A stretch of DNA of 64,000 nucleotides from Anaeromyxobacteraceae bacterium (GCA_047602405.1 JASGHJ010000001.1:1280001-1344000), one strand, 5' to 3'. Shown: positions 19,196 through 29,476, numbered from the stretch's first letter. A program made the numbers and translations. Notes: a model not told the origin generated them from the letters alone.

Positions 19196-20386
19196 ATGTC
19201 CCCCGCCCTCGTCTCCCTCCTCGTCGTCGTCTTCATCGACATGCTCGGCTTCGGGATGGTCATCCCGGTGATGGCCCTCTACGCCGAGCGGCTGGGCGCT
19301 TCCAGCGGCCAGACCGGCTGGCTCATGGCCAGCTACTCGGTGATGCAGTTCGTGTTCACGCCGATCTGGGGGCGCCTCTCCGACCGGATCGGCCGCCGCC
19401 CGCTCCTCCTCGCCTCCATCGCGATGACCTCGGTCGCGTTCTTCGCGTACGCGCTCGCGCCGACCTTCGGCTGGCTGCTCGCCTCGCGCCTCTTCGCGGG
19501 CGCGGCGACGGCGAACCTCGGCATCGCGCAGGCCTACGTCGCCGACGTGACGAGGCCGGAGGACCGCGCGAAGGGCATGGGGCTCATCGGCGCCGCGTTC
19601 GGCATGGGCTTCGTGCTGGGGCCCGCGATGGGCGGGATCCTCTCCGGCCGCTACGGGCTCTCCACGCCGGGCTTCGTCGCGGGCGCGCTCGCCGCGGCGA
19701 ACGGCGTCCTCGCCTGGTTCGTGCTGAAGGAGCCGGCGAACCGGGTGATCGCGCAGCGCAAGGGGCGCCTCACCGCGCTCTTCGAGGAGCTCGGCAAGCC
19801 CGGCATCCGCCGCGTCATCATCATGTACTTCCTGGTCGTGTTCGCGTTCGCCGGGATGGAGTCGACCTTCGCGCTCCTCTCCGAGCACCGCTACGGCCTG
19901 CGCGCCGACACGGTCGGCTACGTGTTCGGCTACATCGGCGTCATCATCGCCATCGTGCAGGGCGCCCTCATCGGCCCGCTCACCCGCGCGTTCGGCGAGC
20001 GCACGCTGCTCGTCGCCGGCCTCCTCCTGCAGGCCGTCGCGTTCGTGATGCTGCCCTTCATGCCCGGCATCCCCGGGCTGCTCCTCGCGTGCACGCCGCT
20101 CGCGGCCGGGAGCGGGCTCTCGACGCCTGCGCTCTCGTCGATCCTGTCGCGCTGCGCGCGCCGCGAGGACCAGGGCGGCACGCTCGGCATCGGCCAGTCG
20201 GCCGCCGCGCTCGGCCGCGTGTTCGGCCCGGTGACGGCGACGCACGTGTTCGAGGTCGTCATCGCGGGTCCCTACCTCGTGGGGGCCGCGATCATGCTCG
20301 CGATGGCGGCGCTCGGGGCGACCCTGAGGGTGCCCGGCACCCGCGCCGGCGACGCGAACGGCCTCGCCGAGGAGCACCTGGGGTAG
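19196..20386 (+). CDS. MFS transporter (TetA/DHA1-like)
   Basis: IDMLGFGMVIP, GRLSDRIGRRP (motif A), GFVLGPAMGG (motif C); about 12 hydrophobic segments. Confidence 0.92.
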   Translation: MSPALVSLLVVVFIDMLGFGMVIPVMALYAERLGASSGQTGWLMASYSVMQFVFTPIWGRLSDRIGRRPLLLASIAMTSVAFFAYALAPTFGWLLASRLFAGAATANLGIAQAYVADVTRPEDRAKGMGLIGAAFGMGFVLGPAMGGILSGRYGLSTPGFVAGALAAANGVLAWFVLKEPANRVIAQRKGRLTALFEELGKPGIRRVIIMYFLVVFAFAGMESTFALLSEHRYGLRADTVGYVFGYIGVIIAIVQGALIGPLTRAFGERTLLVAGLLLQAVAFVMLPFMPGIPGLLLACTPLAAGSGLSTPALSSILSRCARREDQGGTLGIGQSAAALGRVFGPVTATHVFEVVIAGPYLVGAAIMLAMAALGATLRVPGTRAGDANGLAEEHLG

Positions 20387-20398
20387 GCTCTCGCCATG

Positions 20399-22089
20399 GT
20401 GCGTCGTGGAAGCTGCACCGATCCAGCCGGTGAGAGTCCGGTCCGGGTAATCGCCGGAGAGCCCGGAAGCAGGCACCAGCTTGTCCGGGAGACCGGGCAT
20501 GCCGAGCGGTGCGTCGAAAGCCTCACGTACGGAGGAAGCGAAGCGGCGGGCCGCAACAAGGTGAACGCTTCAGCCTCGACAGATCCTCAGCCGAAAGGTG
20601 TTCGGGAGCGCCGAGCCGGTCATGCCACGGCGAAGGCGATGCACAGCGTCCTTGGTCCGGAACGGACGCTGGGGCTCCCCGGGGTAGGGGCGGCGGCACG
20701 TCGCGAAGGATCGGTGTGGAACACGAGAGACCCTCGCCGGCAGCCCGCGTCGGGCAGAGACCGAGCGCATAAGACGGGAGTCGAAAGCGCGAGGAGCCGG
20801 AAGGGAGTCCGAGGGGCCCGTAGTACCGGTGAGGCGCGGGATAACCGCGCGGAGGGAAGGGGCCCTGCTTTGGTCGCGTCGGCACTGGGGGTAAGCGCGA
20901 GGGCATGGCCGTGAGGCCCAACACCCCCATCGACAAAGTGCGAGAACTCCAGCGCCGGCTTTACGTGGCCGCCAAGCGGAGCAGCACGCGGCGCTTTCAC
21001 GCATTGTACGACCGGATCTGCAGGGGTGACGTCCTGCGGGAAGCGTGGAAGCGGGTGCGCAGCAACGGAGGCGCGGCAGGGGTGGACGGCGAGTCCATCC
21101 GGGCCATCGAGGAGAGCGGAGTCGAGGCGTTCCTCGAAGGGATCCAGGCCGATCTCCTGGCAGGCGAATACCGCCCCCTCCCGGTGAGGCGGCGGTACAT
21201 CCCGAAGGCAGACGGAAAGCAGCGGCCGCTCGGGATCCCGACGGTGCGGGATCGCGTGGCGCAGATGGCTGCGAAGTTGGTGCTCGAGCCGATCTTCGAG
21301 GCCGACTTCCTGTCGTCGAGCTACGGGTTCCGGCCGAAGCGGAGCGCGACGCAGGCGCTGGAGGCCATCCGCGAGGCTGGCAACCAGGGTCACAACTTCG
21401 TGCTCGACGCCGACATCAAGGCGTACTTCGACAGCATCGACCAGCAGAAGCTGATGGCGACGGAGTCGAAGGTGAACGAGGCGAGGCGGCGCGTCGAGCT
21501 CATCATGGCGCGCCTCGGCCTGACGCTGCACCCGGAGAAGACGCGGATCGTCGATCTGAGGCGAGGAAAGGAAGGCTTCACCTTCCTCGGGTGCGTGAAC
21601 CGGAAGCGGCGCAGCATCCAGCGGCGCCCCGACCGGCACTACATGCACCGCTGGCCCTCACCGAAGGCGATGACCCGCGTCCGCGAGCGCGTCCACGAGC
21701 TGACGGACGTGCGCAGGAGCGGGGCGAAGGACGTGAAGGAGGTCATCGCGTCCGTGAACCCCGTCATCCGGGGCTGGGCCAACTACTTCCGGACCGGAAC
21801 AGCGGATCGGGAGTTCAACCGCGTCGACTGGTACGTGCACGAACGGATCACGCGCTGGCTCCATCGGCGCGGTGGTCAGCGGACTCGCTATCAGTACGAG
21901 GCTTGGCCCTTCGAACGTCTCTTCGAGCTTGGCCTGCACCGCTGCATGGGCCGCGTCCGCTACCCCGCGCAAGCTGCCGCGCGAAGACCATCGTTAAGCC
22001 GTGTGCGGGAAACCCGCACGCACGGTTTGAAAGGAGGCCCTGGAACCAGGCTGGCCTAACGGCCGGTACTGCGCCAGGATCGACCAATG
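20399..22089 (+). mobile_element. Group II intron inserted at the galT start codon
   Basis: 5' GTGCG at 20399; domain V AAGCCGTGTGCGGGAAACCCGCACGCACGGTTT (21996-22028) with AGC triad and GAAA loop; domain VI CCTGG/CCAGG stem; ends ...CGACCAAT(G); internal RT/maturase ORF. Boundaries uncertain by 1 nt. Confidence 0.92.
20905..22059 (+). CDS. ltrA: Group II intron RT/maturase with an internal in-frame deletion (no PQG or YADD, no endonuclease domain)
   Basis: [40 protein letters not shown] and [11 protein letters not shown], then directly [14 protein letters not shown] and the maturase [11 protein letters not shown]. Confidence 0.88.
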   Translation: MAVRPNTPIDKVRELQRRLYVAAKRSSTRRFHALYDRICRGDVLREAWKRVRSNGGAAGVDGESIRAIEESGVEAFLEGIQADLLAGEYRPLPVRRRYIPKADGKQRPLGIPTVRDRVAQMAAKLVLEPIFEADFLSSSYGFRPKRSATQALEAIREAGNQGHNFVLDADIKAYFDSIDQQKLMATESKVNEARRRVELIMARLGLTLHPEKTRIVDLRRGKEGFTFLGCVNRKRRSIQRRPDRHYMHRWPSPKAMTRVRERVHELTDVRRSGAKDVKEVIASVNPVIRGWANYFRTGTADREFNRVDWYVHERITRWLHRRGGQRTRYQYEAWPFERLFELGLHRCMGRVRYPAQAAARRPSLSRVRETRTHGLKGGPGTRLA

Positions 22090-23088
22090 CCGGAGCTGAG
22101 GCGGGATCCGATCGTCGGACGCTGGGTGATCATCGCGACGGAGCGGGCGCGCCGTCCGATGGATCCGCCCGCGCCGCCCCCGCCGCCGCCCGGCGGGCGC
22201 CTCTGCCCGTTCTGCCCCGGCCACGAGGACAAGACGCCTCCCGAGGTGCTCGCGCTCGGACGCCCCGCCCACGCGCCCGACCAGCCCGGCTGGAAGGTGC
22301 GGGTCGTCCCGAACCGCTTCCCCGCGCTCAAGATCGAGGGCGACCTCGACCGCGGCGCCGACGGCATCTACGACCGGATGAACGGCATCGGCGCCCACGA
22401 GGTCATCGTCGAGACGCCCGACCACGCCCGGCAGCTGAAGGACCTCACCGACGCCGAGCTCGCCGACCTGCTCGCCGCGTTCCGGGCCCGCAGCCTCGAT
22501 CTCCGCAACGACCCGCGCTTCCGCTACGTGCTCCTCTTCAAGAACCACGGCCGGGCGGCCGGGGCCTCGCTCGAGCACACGCACTCCCAGCTCATCGCGC
22601 TGCCGGTGGTGCCCCGGCAGGTCTCGGAGGAGATCGAGGGCGCCCGGCGCCACTTCGACCACAAGGAGCGCTGCATCTTCTGCGACATCGTGGCCCAGGA
22701 GCGGAAGGAGCGCGCGCGCCTGGTGTACGAGAACGAGGACTTCGTGGTGGTCGCGCCCTACGCGCCGCGCAGCCCCTTCGAGACCTGGATCCTGCCGCGC
22801 CGGCACGAGTCGAGCTTCGACGCCGAGCCGCGCGAGCGCCTCGCCGGCTGCGCGCAGGCGCTCGGCACGACGCTCCGCCGTCTCGCCGCCGCGCTCGGCG
22901 ACCCCGACTACAACTTCATGCTGCACTCGAACCCGCTGCGCGACGCGCCCTCGCCGAGCTACCACTGGCACATCGAGGTCATGCCGGCGCTCACGCAGGT
23001 CGCCGGCTTCGAGTGGGGCTCGGGGTTCCACATCAACCCGGTGCCGCCCGAGGAGGCGGCCGAGTTCCTCCGGAAGCTGCCCGGCTAG
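22087..23088 (+). CDS. galT: Galactose-1-phosphate uridylyltransferase family protein
   Basis: MPELRRDP, CPFCPG, NRFPAL, GAHEVIVE, GASLEHTHSQ (HxHxQ) and YHWHIE motifs. Confidence 0.92.
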   Translation: MPELRRDPIVGRWVIIATERARRPMDPPAPPPPPPGGRLCPFCPGHEDKTPPEVLALGRPAHAPDQPGWKVRVVPNRFPALKIEGDLDRGADGIYDRMNGIGAHEVIVETPDHARQLKDLTDAELADLLAAFRARSLDLRNDPRFRYVLLFKNHGRAAGASLEHTHSQLIALPVVPRQVSEEIEGARRHFDHKERCIFCDIVAQERKERARLVYENEDFVVVAPYAPRSPFETWILPRRHESSFDAEPRERLAGCAQALGTTLRRLAAALGDPDYNFMLHSNPLRDAPSPSYHWHIEVMPALTQVAGFEWGSGFHINPVPPEEAAEFLRKLPG

Positions 23089-23122
23089 CAGGCCAGCCCG
23101 GCAGGGTCTACGCTCCCGATCG

Positions 23123-24551
23123 ATGGAGATCCTCTTCGTCGCCTCCGAGGTCGCGCCCTGGTCCAAGACCGGAGGGCTCGGGGACGTCGCGGGCGCGCTG
23201 CCCGAGGCGCTCGCCGCCCGCGGCCACTCGGTCGCGATCGTGACGCCGCGGTACGGCTCCATCGACCCCGCGAAGCACGGGCTCGAGCCCATGCACGGCG
23301 CCGTCCGGGTGCGCGGCGAGGCGACCTCGCTCTGGGTGAAGAAGGGCCGGGCGCCCGTCTACTTCGTCGAGCACGAGCTCTTCTTCGGGTCCCGGCGCGG
23401 CCTCTACGCCGAGGGCCAGCACGACTACGGCGACAACGCCCAGCGCTTCGGGTACCTCGCCCGGGCCGCGCTCGCGCTCCCGGGCGCCCTCGGCCTGCGG
23501 CCGAGGATCGTGCACGTGAACGACTGGCAGACGGGGCTCGTGCCGTTCCTGCTCGGCCACGAGCACGGGCAGGACCCGAACCTGGCCGGCGCGCGCACGG
23601 TCTTCACGATCGACAACCTCGCCTACCAGGGCGTCTTCCCGAAGGACGCCGTGCCGGCGCTCGGCATCCCGTGGAGCGCGTTCCACTGGGAGCAGCTCGA
23701 GTTCCACGACCAGCTCTCCTTCATGAAGGCGGGCCTCGTCTTCGCGGACGCGCTCACCACCGTCTCGCCCACGTACGCGCGCGAGATTCCTCACCGTGGA
23801 CGCCGGGCACGGCCTCGACGCGCTCCTGCGCGCCCGCGCGGGCGACCTCTCCGGCATCCTGAACGGCATCTCGACCGACGAGTGGGATCCCGCCCGCGAT
23901 CGGCACCTCGCGGCGCCGTTCACGGCCGCGGACCTCTCCGGCAAGGCCGCCAACAAGGCCGCGCTGCAGCGGGAGCTCGGCCTCGCCGCGCGCCCCGACG
24001 TGCCGCTCCTCGCGATCGTCTCGCGCCTCGCCGACCAGAAGGGCATCGACCTCGTCATGGCCGCGCTGCCCGAGCTCATGGCGCACGACGCCCAGCTCGC
24101 GGTGCTCGGCAGCGGGCGGAAGGACTGGGAGGAGGCGCTCCGCGAGGCCGCCGCCACGCACCCCGGCCAGGTCGGCGTGCGCATCGGCTTCGACGAGGGG
24201 CTCGCCCACCGCATCGAGGCCGGGGCCGACGCGTTCCTGATGCCGAGCCGGTTCGAGCCTTGCGGGCTCAACCAGATGTACTCGCTGCGCTACGGCACCG
24301 TGCCGATCGTCCGGGCGGTGGGCGGGCTCGACGACACCGTCGAGGACTTCGACGGGCACGCGAGCGGCACCGGCTTCAAGTTCCGCGACTACGCGCCCGC
24401 CGCGATGATGACCGCCGTGCGCCGCGCGCTCGAGACCTACCGCGACCGCAAGGCCTGGCGCGGCCTCGTCGTGCGCGGCATGGCCGAGGACAACAGCTGG
24501 GGCCACAGCGCCGCGGGCTACGAGGCGCTGTACCGGAGGCTCGCGGGGTAG
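23123..24551 (+). CDS. glgA: Glycogen synthase, +1 frameshift at about 23787 (probably sequencing error)
   Basis: SEVAPWSKTGGLGDV, HVNDWQT and VSPTYARE, then in the next frame GILNG, RLADQKG, MPSRFEPCGLNQ and VGGLDDTV. Confidence 0.92.
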
Positions 24552-24566
24552 GGATAAGGTCTCCCC

Positions 24567-24836
24567 ATGCCGGTCACGCTCCCGCCAGAGGCGAAGCAGC
24601 AGGCCCTCGCCTCCATCAAGCGCTTCCTCCTCGAGGAGCTCGACCTCGACGCCGGCGACCTCAAGGCCGGCACGGTGCTCGAGTACTTCCTGAAGGAGCT
24701 CGCCCCGGTCGCGTACAACCGCGGCGTCGCCGACGCGCAGCAGTTCTTCGCCGACCGGGCGCTCGACCTCGAGGGTGCCTGCCACGAGGCCGAGTTCGGC
24801 TGGTTCGCGCCCGCGCCGGGCAAGCGCGGGCGCTGA
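24567..24836 (+). CDS. DUF2164-like small protein
   Basis: SIKRFLLEELD...LEYFLKELAPVAYNRGVADAQ pattern recalled as DUF2164. Confidence 0.72.
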   Translation: MPVTLPPEAKQQALASIKRFLLEELDLDAGDLKAGTVLEYFLKELAPVAYNRGVADAQQFFADRALDLEGACHEAEFGWFAPAPGKRGR

Positions 24837-24877
24837 GCCCTCCTGCCGGACCGCGACGCGCTCCCCAGGTTCCGGGC

Positions 24878-25138
24878 ATGCGCGACCCAGACCTCTACGA
24901 GCCGAGCGACATGCCGGACGGCCCCGAGCCGACGGCCCAGCCCACCGAGCGCCCGATGGGCGACCTCATGGACGAGGACGTGGTGCCCCGCGAGAACGTC
25001 GGCGGCGCGGCGCCGACGCCGCGGGGTGGGGACTCCGGCGGCGACCTGCCGGGCGCCGAGGACGATTCCGCGTCGCTCGCGGAGGAGGAGCCGCCGAGGC
25101 CGCCGGAGCTCGACGCGGTGCACGTGAAGGACGGGTAA
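24878..25138 (+). CDS. Small acidic, probably disordered hypothetical protein
   Basis: ATG at 24878, MRDPDLYEPSDMPDGPEP...; D/E/P-rich and fills the gap up to a convergent stop. Confidence 0.55.
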   Translation: MRDPDLYEPSDMPDGPEPTAQPTERPMGDLMDEDVVPRENVGGAAPTPRGGDSGGDLPGAEDDSASLAEEEPPRPPELDAVHVKDG

Positions 25139-26299
25139 CTACTCGAGCCCGATCTCGCGGAGCTCGTCGTCGTCGAGGCCGTGCAGGTGGCCGAGCTCGT
25201 GCTCGAGCGTGATGCGGATCTGCTCGAGGAGCTCCTTCCGGTCGCGGGCGATCCGGATCAGGTTCTTCCGGTAGAAGACGATGGTCCGGCAGACCGGGCC
25301 GTCGGCCGCGGTGCAGGGCTCGGCCTCCGGCGGGCCGCGGAACAGCCCCAGGATGCTGGGCGAGAGCGGCGGCTGGACCGCGCGCAGATCCTCGGCGTCG
25401 GGCAGGTCCTGCACCTCGACCGGCACGCCCCTGAGCGCGCGCTTCTCGTCGTCGGGGAGCCGCGCCACCGCCGCCTGGACCTCGGCCCTGAAGTCGGCGG
25501 CGCTCATCCGGAGCTCCGGCTCGAAGTCGCGCGGCGCGAGCGTGCGGGCGCGGGCGAGGAGCTGGGACGCGCGGCGCTCCTCGCCCCGGCGCTCGGCGAG
25601 GAGGCCCAGCTGGTGGAGCGCCCACGGGTCGTCGGGCGAGAGGTGCAGGGTCCGCTCGAACGCGCGCTGCGCGTCGTCGAAGCGGCAGAGCTCGAAGAGC
25701 GCGACGCCCTTCTCGTACACCGCGTCGGCGTCGTCCGGGAGCGCGGCCACGGCGCGCTCGAGGAGCGGCAGCGCGAGGTGGCTGCGGCCGAGGTCGTTCT
25801 CGGCCATGCCCGCGACGAGCGCGTTCAGGCCGGCGGCGTCGCGGTCCTTGCGGGCGGCGGCGGCGCGCATGCCGCGCAGGGCGAGCTCGAGGCCGGTCTC
25901 GAGGTTCTCGCGCGCGGGGCCGAGGCGGCGGACGTAGAGGTCGGCGGCGCCTTGCAGCGCGCGCGGGTCGTCGGCGTCGATGGCGAGCGCGCGGGCGTAG
26001 GCGGTCTTGGCGTCGTCGAGCCGGTCGAGGGCGGCGAGCGCCGCCGCGCGGGCGGTCAGGGCCGGGACGCTGCGGGGATCGGCCGCGAGGGCCGCGTCAG
26101 CGCACGCGAGGGCGCGGGCGTGCGCGCCGGCGTCGAGCTGGTCGAGGGCCTCGTCGGTCAGCGCGGAGGCCGAGGTGCCGTGGCCGCCCGGGCAGGTGGC
26201 GGGCGCGCGGGCGGCCCGCGGGGGACGGGCGGCCGCCCGGCCCACGCAGAGGCAGGCCGCCAGGGCGAGCCCGGTCGCGACGCGAGACGGCAAGGACAT
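25139..26299 (-). CDS. TPR-repeat protein with C-terminal zincin-like metallopeptidase domain
   Basis: Signal-like N-terminus, TPR-like helices, ILGLFRG...IVFYRKN...HELGH (HExxH). Confidence 0.85.
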   Translation of the reverse strand: MSLPSRVATGLALAACLCVGRAAARPPRAARAPATCPGGHGTSASALTDEALDQLDAGAHARALACADAALAADPRSVPALTARAAALAALDRLDDAKTAYARALAIDADDPRALQGAADLYVRRLGPARENLETGLELALRGMRAAAARKDRDAAGLNALVAGMAENDLGRSHLALPLLERAVAALPDDADAVYEKGVALFELCRFDDAQRAFERTLHLSPDDPWALHQLGLLAERRGEERRASQLLARARTLAPRDFEPELRMSAADFRAEVQAAVARLPDDEKRALRGVPVEVQDLPDAEDLRAVQPPLSPSILGLFRGPPEAEPCTAADGPVCRTIVFYRKNLIRIARDRKELLEQIRITLEHELGHLHGLDDDELREIGLE

Positions 26300-26344
26300 G
26301 AAGCCGTGAGCTTGCCACAGCACCGGCCCGCCAGCCAGACGCAG

Positions 26345-26375
26345 GGGTGCCGGACACGCGAGGGTGCCGGACACG
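26345..26375 (+). repeat. Tandem pair of the 14-mer GGGTGCCGGACACG (17-nt period)
   Basis: Copies at 26345-26358 and 26362-26375 in a divergent intergenic region. Confidence 0.8.
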
Positions 26376-26442
26376 CCCGGATTCGCCGGCACGCCCCACC
26401 CGGGAACGCGGGATTTCCGTGGCCCCGGGCGAGCATCCGCGG

Positions 26443-27567
26443 ATGCGCCCGACGATCGCGACCTGCCTCGGCCTCCTACTCGCCACTGCCTGCTCCGCGC
26501 CGCGCGCCCTCGAGGGGCAGTCCGCCCGCCCGGCGCCTCGGCCCCCGGCCGCCGCGGCGGCAGCCGCCGAGTCGAAGCCGGTGAAGCCGCCGGGCTCCGA
26601 CCTCACGCTGCCCGGCGAGAGGCACCTCCGGAACGTCCGCCAGCTCACCTTCGGCGGCGAGAACGCCGAGGCGTACTGGAGCTTCGACGGCCAGCAACTC
26701 ATCTTCCAGGCCACCCCGCGCGGCGCGGGGTGCGATCAGCAGTTCGTGATGAACGCCGACGGCGGCGGGACGGTGCGCGTCTCGAACGGCCAGGGCCGCA
26801 CCACCTGCGGCTACTTCTTCCCCGCCGGCGACCGCATCCTCTGGGCCTCGACGCACGCCTCCGGCCCCGCGTGCCCGGCGAAGCCGGACATGTCGCTCGG
26901 CTACGTCTGGAAGCTCGACGACTTCGAGCTCTACACGGCGAGGCCCGACGGCTCCGACGCGAAGGTGCTCTCGCCGGCGCCGGGCTTCTACACCGCCGAG
27001 GCGACCGTCTCGAAGGACGGCTGGATCGTCTTCACCTCCACGCGCGACGGCGACCTCGAGCTCTACAAGATGCGGCTCGACGGCTCCGGCCTCGTGCGCC
27101 TCACGCACGAGAAGGGCTACGACGGCGGCGCCTTCTTCTCGCCCGACGGCAAGCAGATCGTCTACCGACGCAGCCGCCCGAAGGACGCGGCGGCGCTCGC
27201 CGACTACGAGGCGCTCCTCGCGAAGAAGCTCGTCCGCCCGACGAAGCTCGAGATCATGGTGATGGACGCCGACGGCACGAACGTCCGCCAGGTCACGCAC
27301 CTCGAGGCCGGCAGCTTCGCGCCGTACTTCCACCCGGACGGCAAGCGGATCATCTTCTCGTCGAACCACGGCGACCCGCGGGGCCGCAACTTCGACCTCT
27401 TCCTCGTGAACGTCGACGGCACCGGCCTCGAGCGCGTGACGGCGAACGAGTCCTTCGACGGCTTTCCGATGTTCTCGCCGGACGGCAAGAAGCTCGTCTT
27501 CGCGTCGAACCGGAACGACGAGCGCACCGGCGAGACGAACCTGTTCGTCGCCGACTGGGTGGAGTGA
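26443..27567 (+). CDS. TolB-like PD40 beta-propeller lipoprotein
   Basis: Lipobox ATAC; repeated FSPDGKxI(V)F motifs, GENAEAYWSFDG, FTSTRDGDLELY. Confidence 0.88.
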   Translation: MRPTIATCLGLLLATACSAPRALEGQSARPAPRPPAAAAAAAESKPVKPPGSDLTLPGERHLRNVRQLTFGGENAEAYWSFDGQQLIFQATPRGAGCDQQFVMNADGGGTVRVSNGQGRTTCGYFFPAGDRILWASTHASGPACPAKPDMSLGYVWKLDDFELYTARPDGSDAKVLSPAPGFYTAEATVSKDGWIVFTSTRDGDLELYKMRLDGSGLVRLTHEKGYDGGAFFSPDGKQIVYRRSRPKDAAALADYEALLAKKLVRPTKLEIMVMDADGTNVRQVTHLEAGSFAPYFHPDGKRIIFSSNHGDPRGRNFDLFLVNVDGTGLERVTANESFDGFPMFSPDGKKLVFASNRNDERTGETNLFVADWVE

Positions 27568-27595
27568 TCACGATCAAGAACCGATCATCCCGAGC

Positions 27596-29476
27596 GTGGG
27601 CCCGCAGAGCGGGCCGGAGTCGAGGGACGAATCGGCCCTTGCGCCGCGCGTGAGGGCGGTCCAACCTCGCGGCCGCGTGCGCCTCCTCCCGCTCCTCGTC
27701 ATTGCCCTGCTCATGGGCCCGTCACCCGCTCGTCCCGAGCCTCGGCCCGGGGCGGAGCCGGGGGCGGCGCCGGACCGCACCTGGGAGGCGCTCGGCTTCG
27801 TGCCGGCGGACCTCGCGCGCCGGGAGGCCGACGCGCGCCCGCCGCTCGGCGCCGGCGGCTGGAACGTGCTGCTCCGGGAGGCCCGCGCCGCCGCCGAGGC
27901 CGCCACCACGCCGGAGGAGCGCGCGGCGGTCGACGGCGCGATGTCCTCGGCGCGCGGTGACGCCGCGCACGAGCGCGCGATCGTCGAGGCGCTCCACCTC
28001 CTGTCCGACCGGCCCGGCCCCGCGGCCTGGGCGGCGGTGCGCGCCGGCGAGCGCTGGCCGATCCCCGCCGCGACCGCCAACGACGTCGGCGTCGTGCTGC
28101 ACGCGCTCGGGCTCGCCGGGCGCGCCTGGGACGCCTTCGCGCTCGCCCGCGCGTCGTCGCCTCGCTCGGCGCTCGTGGCGGAGAACCAGGGCTGGGCGGC
28201 GCTCGCGATGGGCGATCCCGGCGCGGCGCGCGCGCGGTTCGAGGAGGCCGCCCGGCTCGCGCCCGGCCGCGCCGGACCGCGCCAGGGCCTCGCGGTGGTG
28301 GCGCTCCAGGTGCGCGACGCCGACGGCGCGCGCGGGCCCTCGCGCGACGCCGGCGCGCTGTCGGCCTCGCCCGCGAGCCGGGCCCTGCTCGCGCGCGCAG
28401 GCGGCCCGCCGGTCGCCGAGGACGGCGCGCTCGGCGCGCTCGCCGAGCGCCGCCTCGGGCTCCTCGGCGAGCGCACGCCGCGGCTGCCGGCCGGCGCGGG
28501 CGCCTGGGACCTCCAGCTCGTCTCGCACGCCGTCGCGTTCGCGCGCATGGCCGACGCGCTGCGCGCCGCGCCGCCGCCGGGGGCCCCGCCCCCGCCGCGG
28601 GAGCTCGCCGCCACCCCGGCGCCCGGCCGCGCCGTGCGCGCGGAGCGCCTGCCCGAGCTGCTCGTCGCCGACCTCCGCGCCCGGCTCGCGGCCACCGCGG
28701 GCGCGGCGCTCGACGCCTTCGAGGCCACCGTGCGGGCCGAGCTCGCCGACTCGGCGCGGCGCCGGGACCGCGTCGCGGCCCGCAGCGCGGAGCTCCGCCG
28801 CGCGAGCCGCGAGGACGGCGTCGCGATCGCGGGCGCGGCGGCGGCGGCCTGCCGCGAGCGCGAGGACGAGGACCAGTCCACGCACCTCGTGCTGAAGCGC
28901 CAGTTCGAAGAGGCCGACGCGGCGCTCCGCGACGCCGCGGAGCGGGCGTGGGCGCTCGGCGCGCCGCACCTCGCCGCCATCCCGGACCCGCCGCGGCGCG
29001 CGCACGCGGAGGGCGCCCTGCGCGGGGAGCTCCTCGGCATCGAGGCCCGCCTCCGCCGGATCGTCGCCGCCTGGGCGGACCACCTCTCCGTCCCGGCGCT
29101 CGGCTGCGACCCGGGCCCCGGCGGCCCGACCGCGCTCGAGCCGCTCCCCGGGCGCTGGCCGTCGCCCGAGGTGCGCGGGTGCCAGACGGGCCGGCTCGAC
29201 CTGGGCGGGGTCGTCCTCGAGGTCGGCTGCGGCGCGCTCGCGGCGCCGGAGCTGCCCGTCGAGCTCCTCGCCGGCCCCGGCCGCGCCGACGCGGAGCGCT
29301 CGCTCGCGTGCACCCCGGGCGGAGGGGATCCGCTCGGCGCGCGGGCGGTCCTCGGGGACGCCACCGCGGTGGGGCCGTTCGTGGTGGACGCGGACCTGTC
29401 GGTCCCCGGCCTCCTCGCGCCGTGGCCCGTCCGCGCGGGCTGCGCGCTGCGGGCCGGGCCCAGGCTCGCGCGTTAG
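27596..29476 (+). CDS. Hypothetical Ala/Arg-rich protein with TPR-like segment (start uncertain)
   Basis: Long ORF filling the gap; ANDVGVVLHALG...ENQGWAALAMGD TPR-like helices. Confidence 0.55.
   Translation: MGPQSGPESRDESALAPRVRAVQPRGRVRLLPLLVIALLMGPSPARPEPRPGAEPGAAPDRTWEALGFVPADLARREADARPPLGAGGWNVLLREARAAAEAATTPEERAAVDGAMSSARGDAAHERAIVEALHLLSDRPGPAAWAAVRAGERWPIPAATANDVGVVLHALGLAGRAWDAFALARASSPRSALVAENQGWAALAMGDPGAARARFEEAARLAPGRAGPRQGLAVVALQVRDADGARGPSRDAGALSASPASRALLARAGGPPVAEDGALGALAERRLGLLGERTPRLPAGAGAWDLQLVSHAVAFARMADALRAAPPPGAPPPPRELAATPAPGRAVRAERLPELLVADLRARLAATAGAALDAFEATVRAELADSARRRDRVAARSAELRRASREDGVAIAGAAAAACREREDEDQSTHLVLKRQFEEADAALRDAAERAWALGAPHLAAIPDPPRRAHAEGALRGELLGIEARLRRIVAAWADHLSVPALGCDPGPGGPTALEPLPGRWPSPEVRGCQTGRLDLGGVVLEVGCGALAAPELPVELLAGPGRADAERSLACTPGGGDPLGARAVLGDATAVGPFVVDADLSVPGLLAPWPVRAGCALRAGPRLAR

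Noticed and set aside
20396..20914. 172-aa ORF starting at the ATG before the intron
   Set aside because: It is the original galT ATG reading into intron RNA domains I-III, with no protein motif. Incidental translation cannot be excluded.
20905..22059. Retron, DGR or defence-associated RT
   Set aside because: The maturase domain, flanking GTGCG and domains V/VI identify a group II intron; no template/variable repeat pair or msr-msd was seen.
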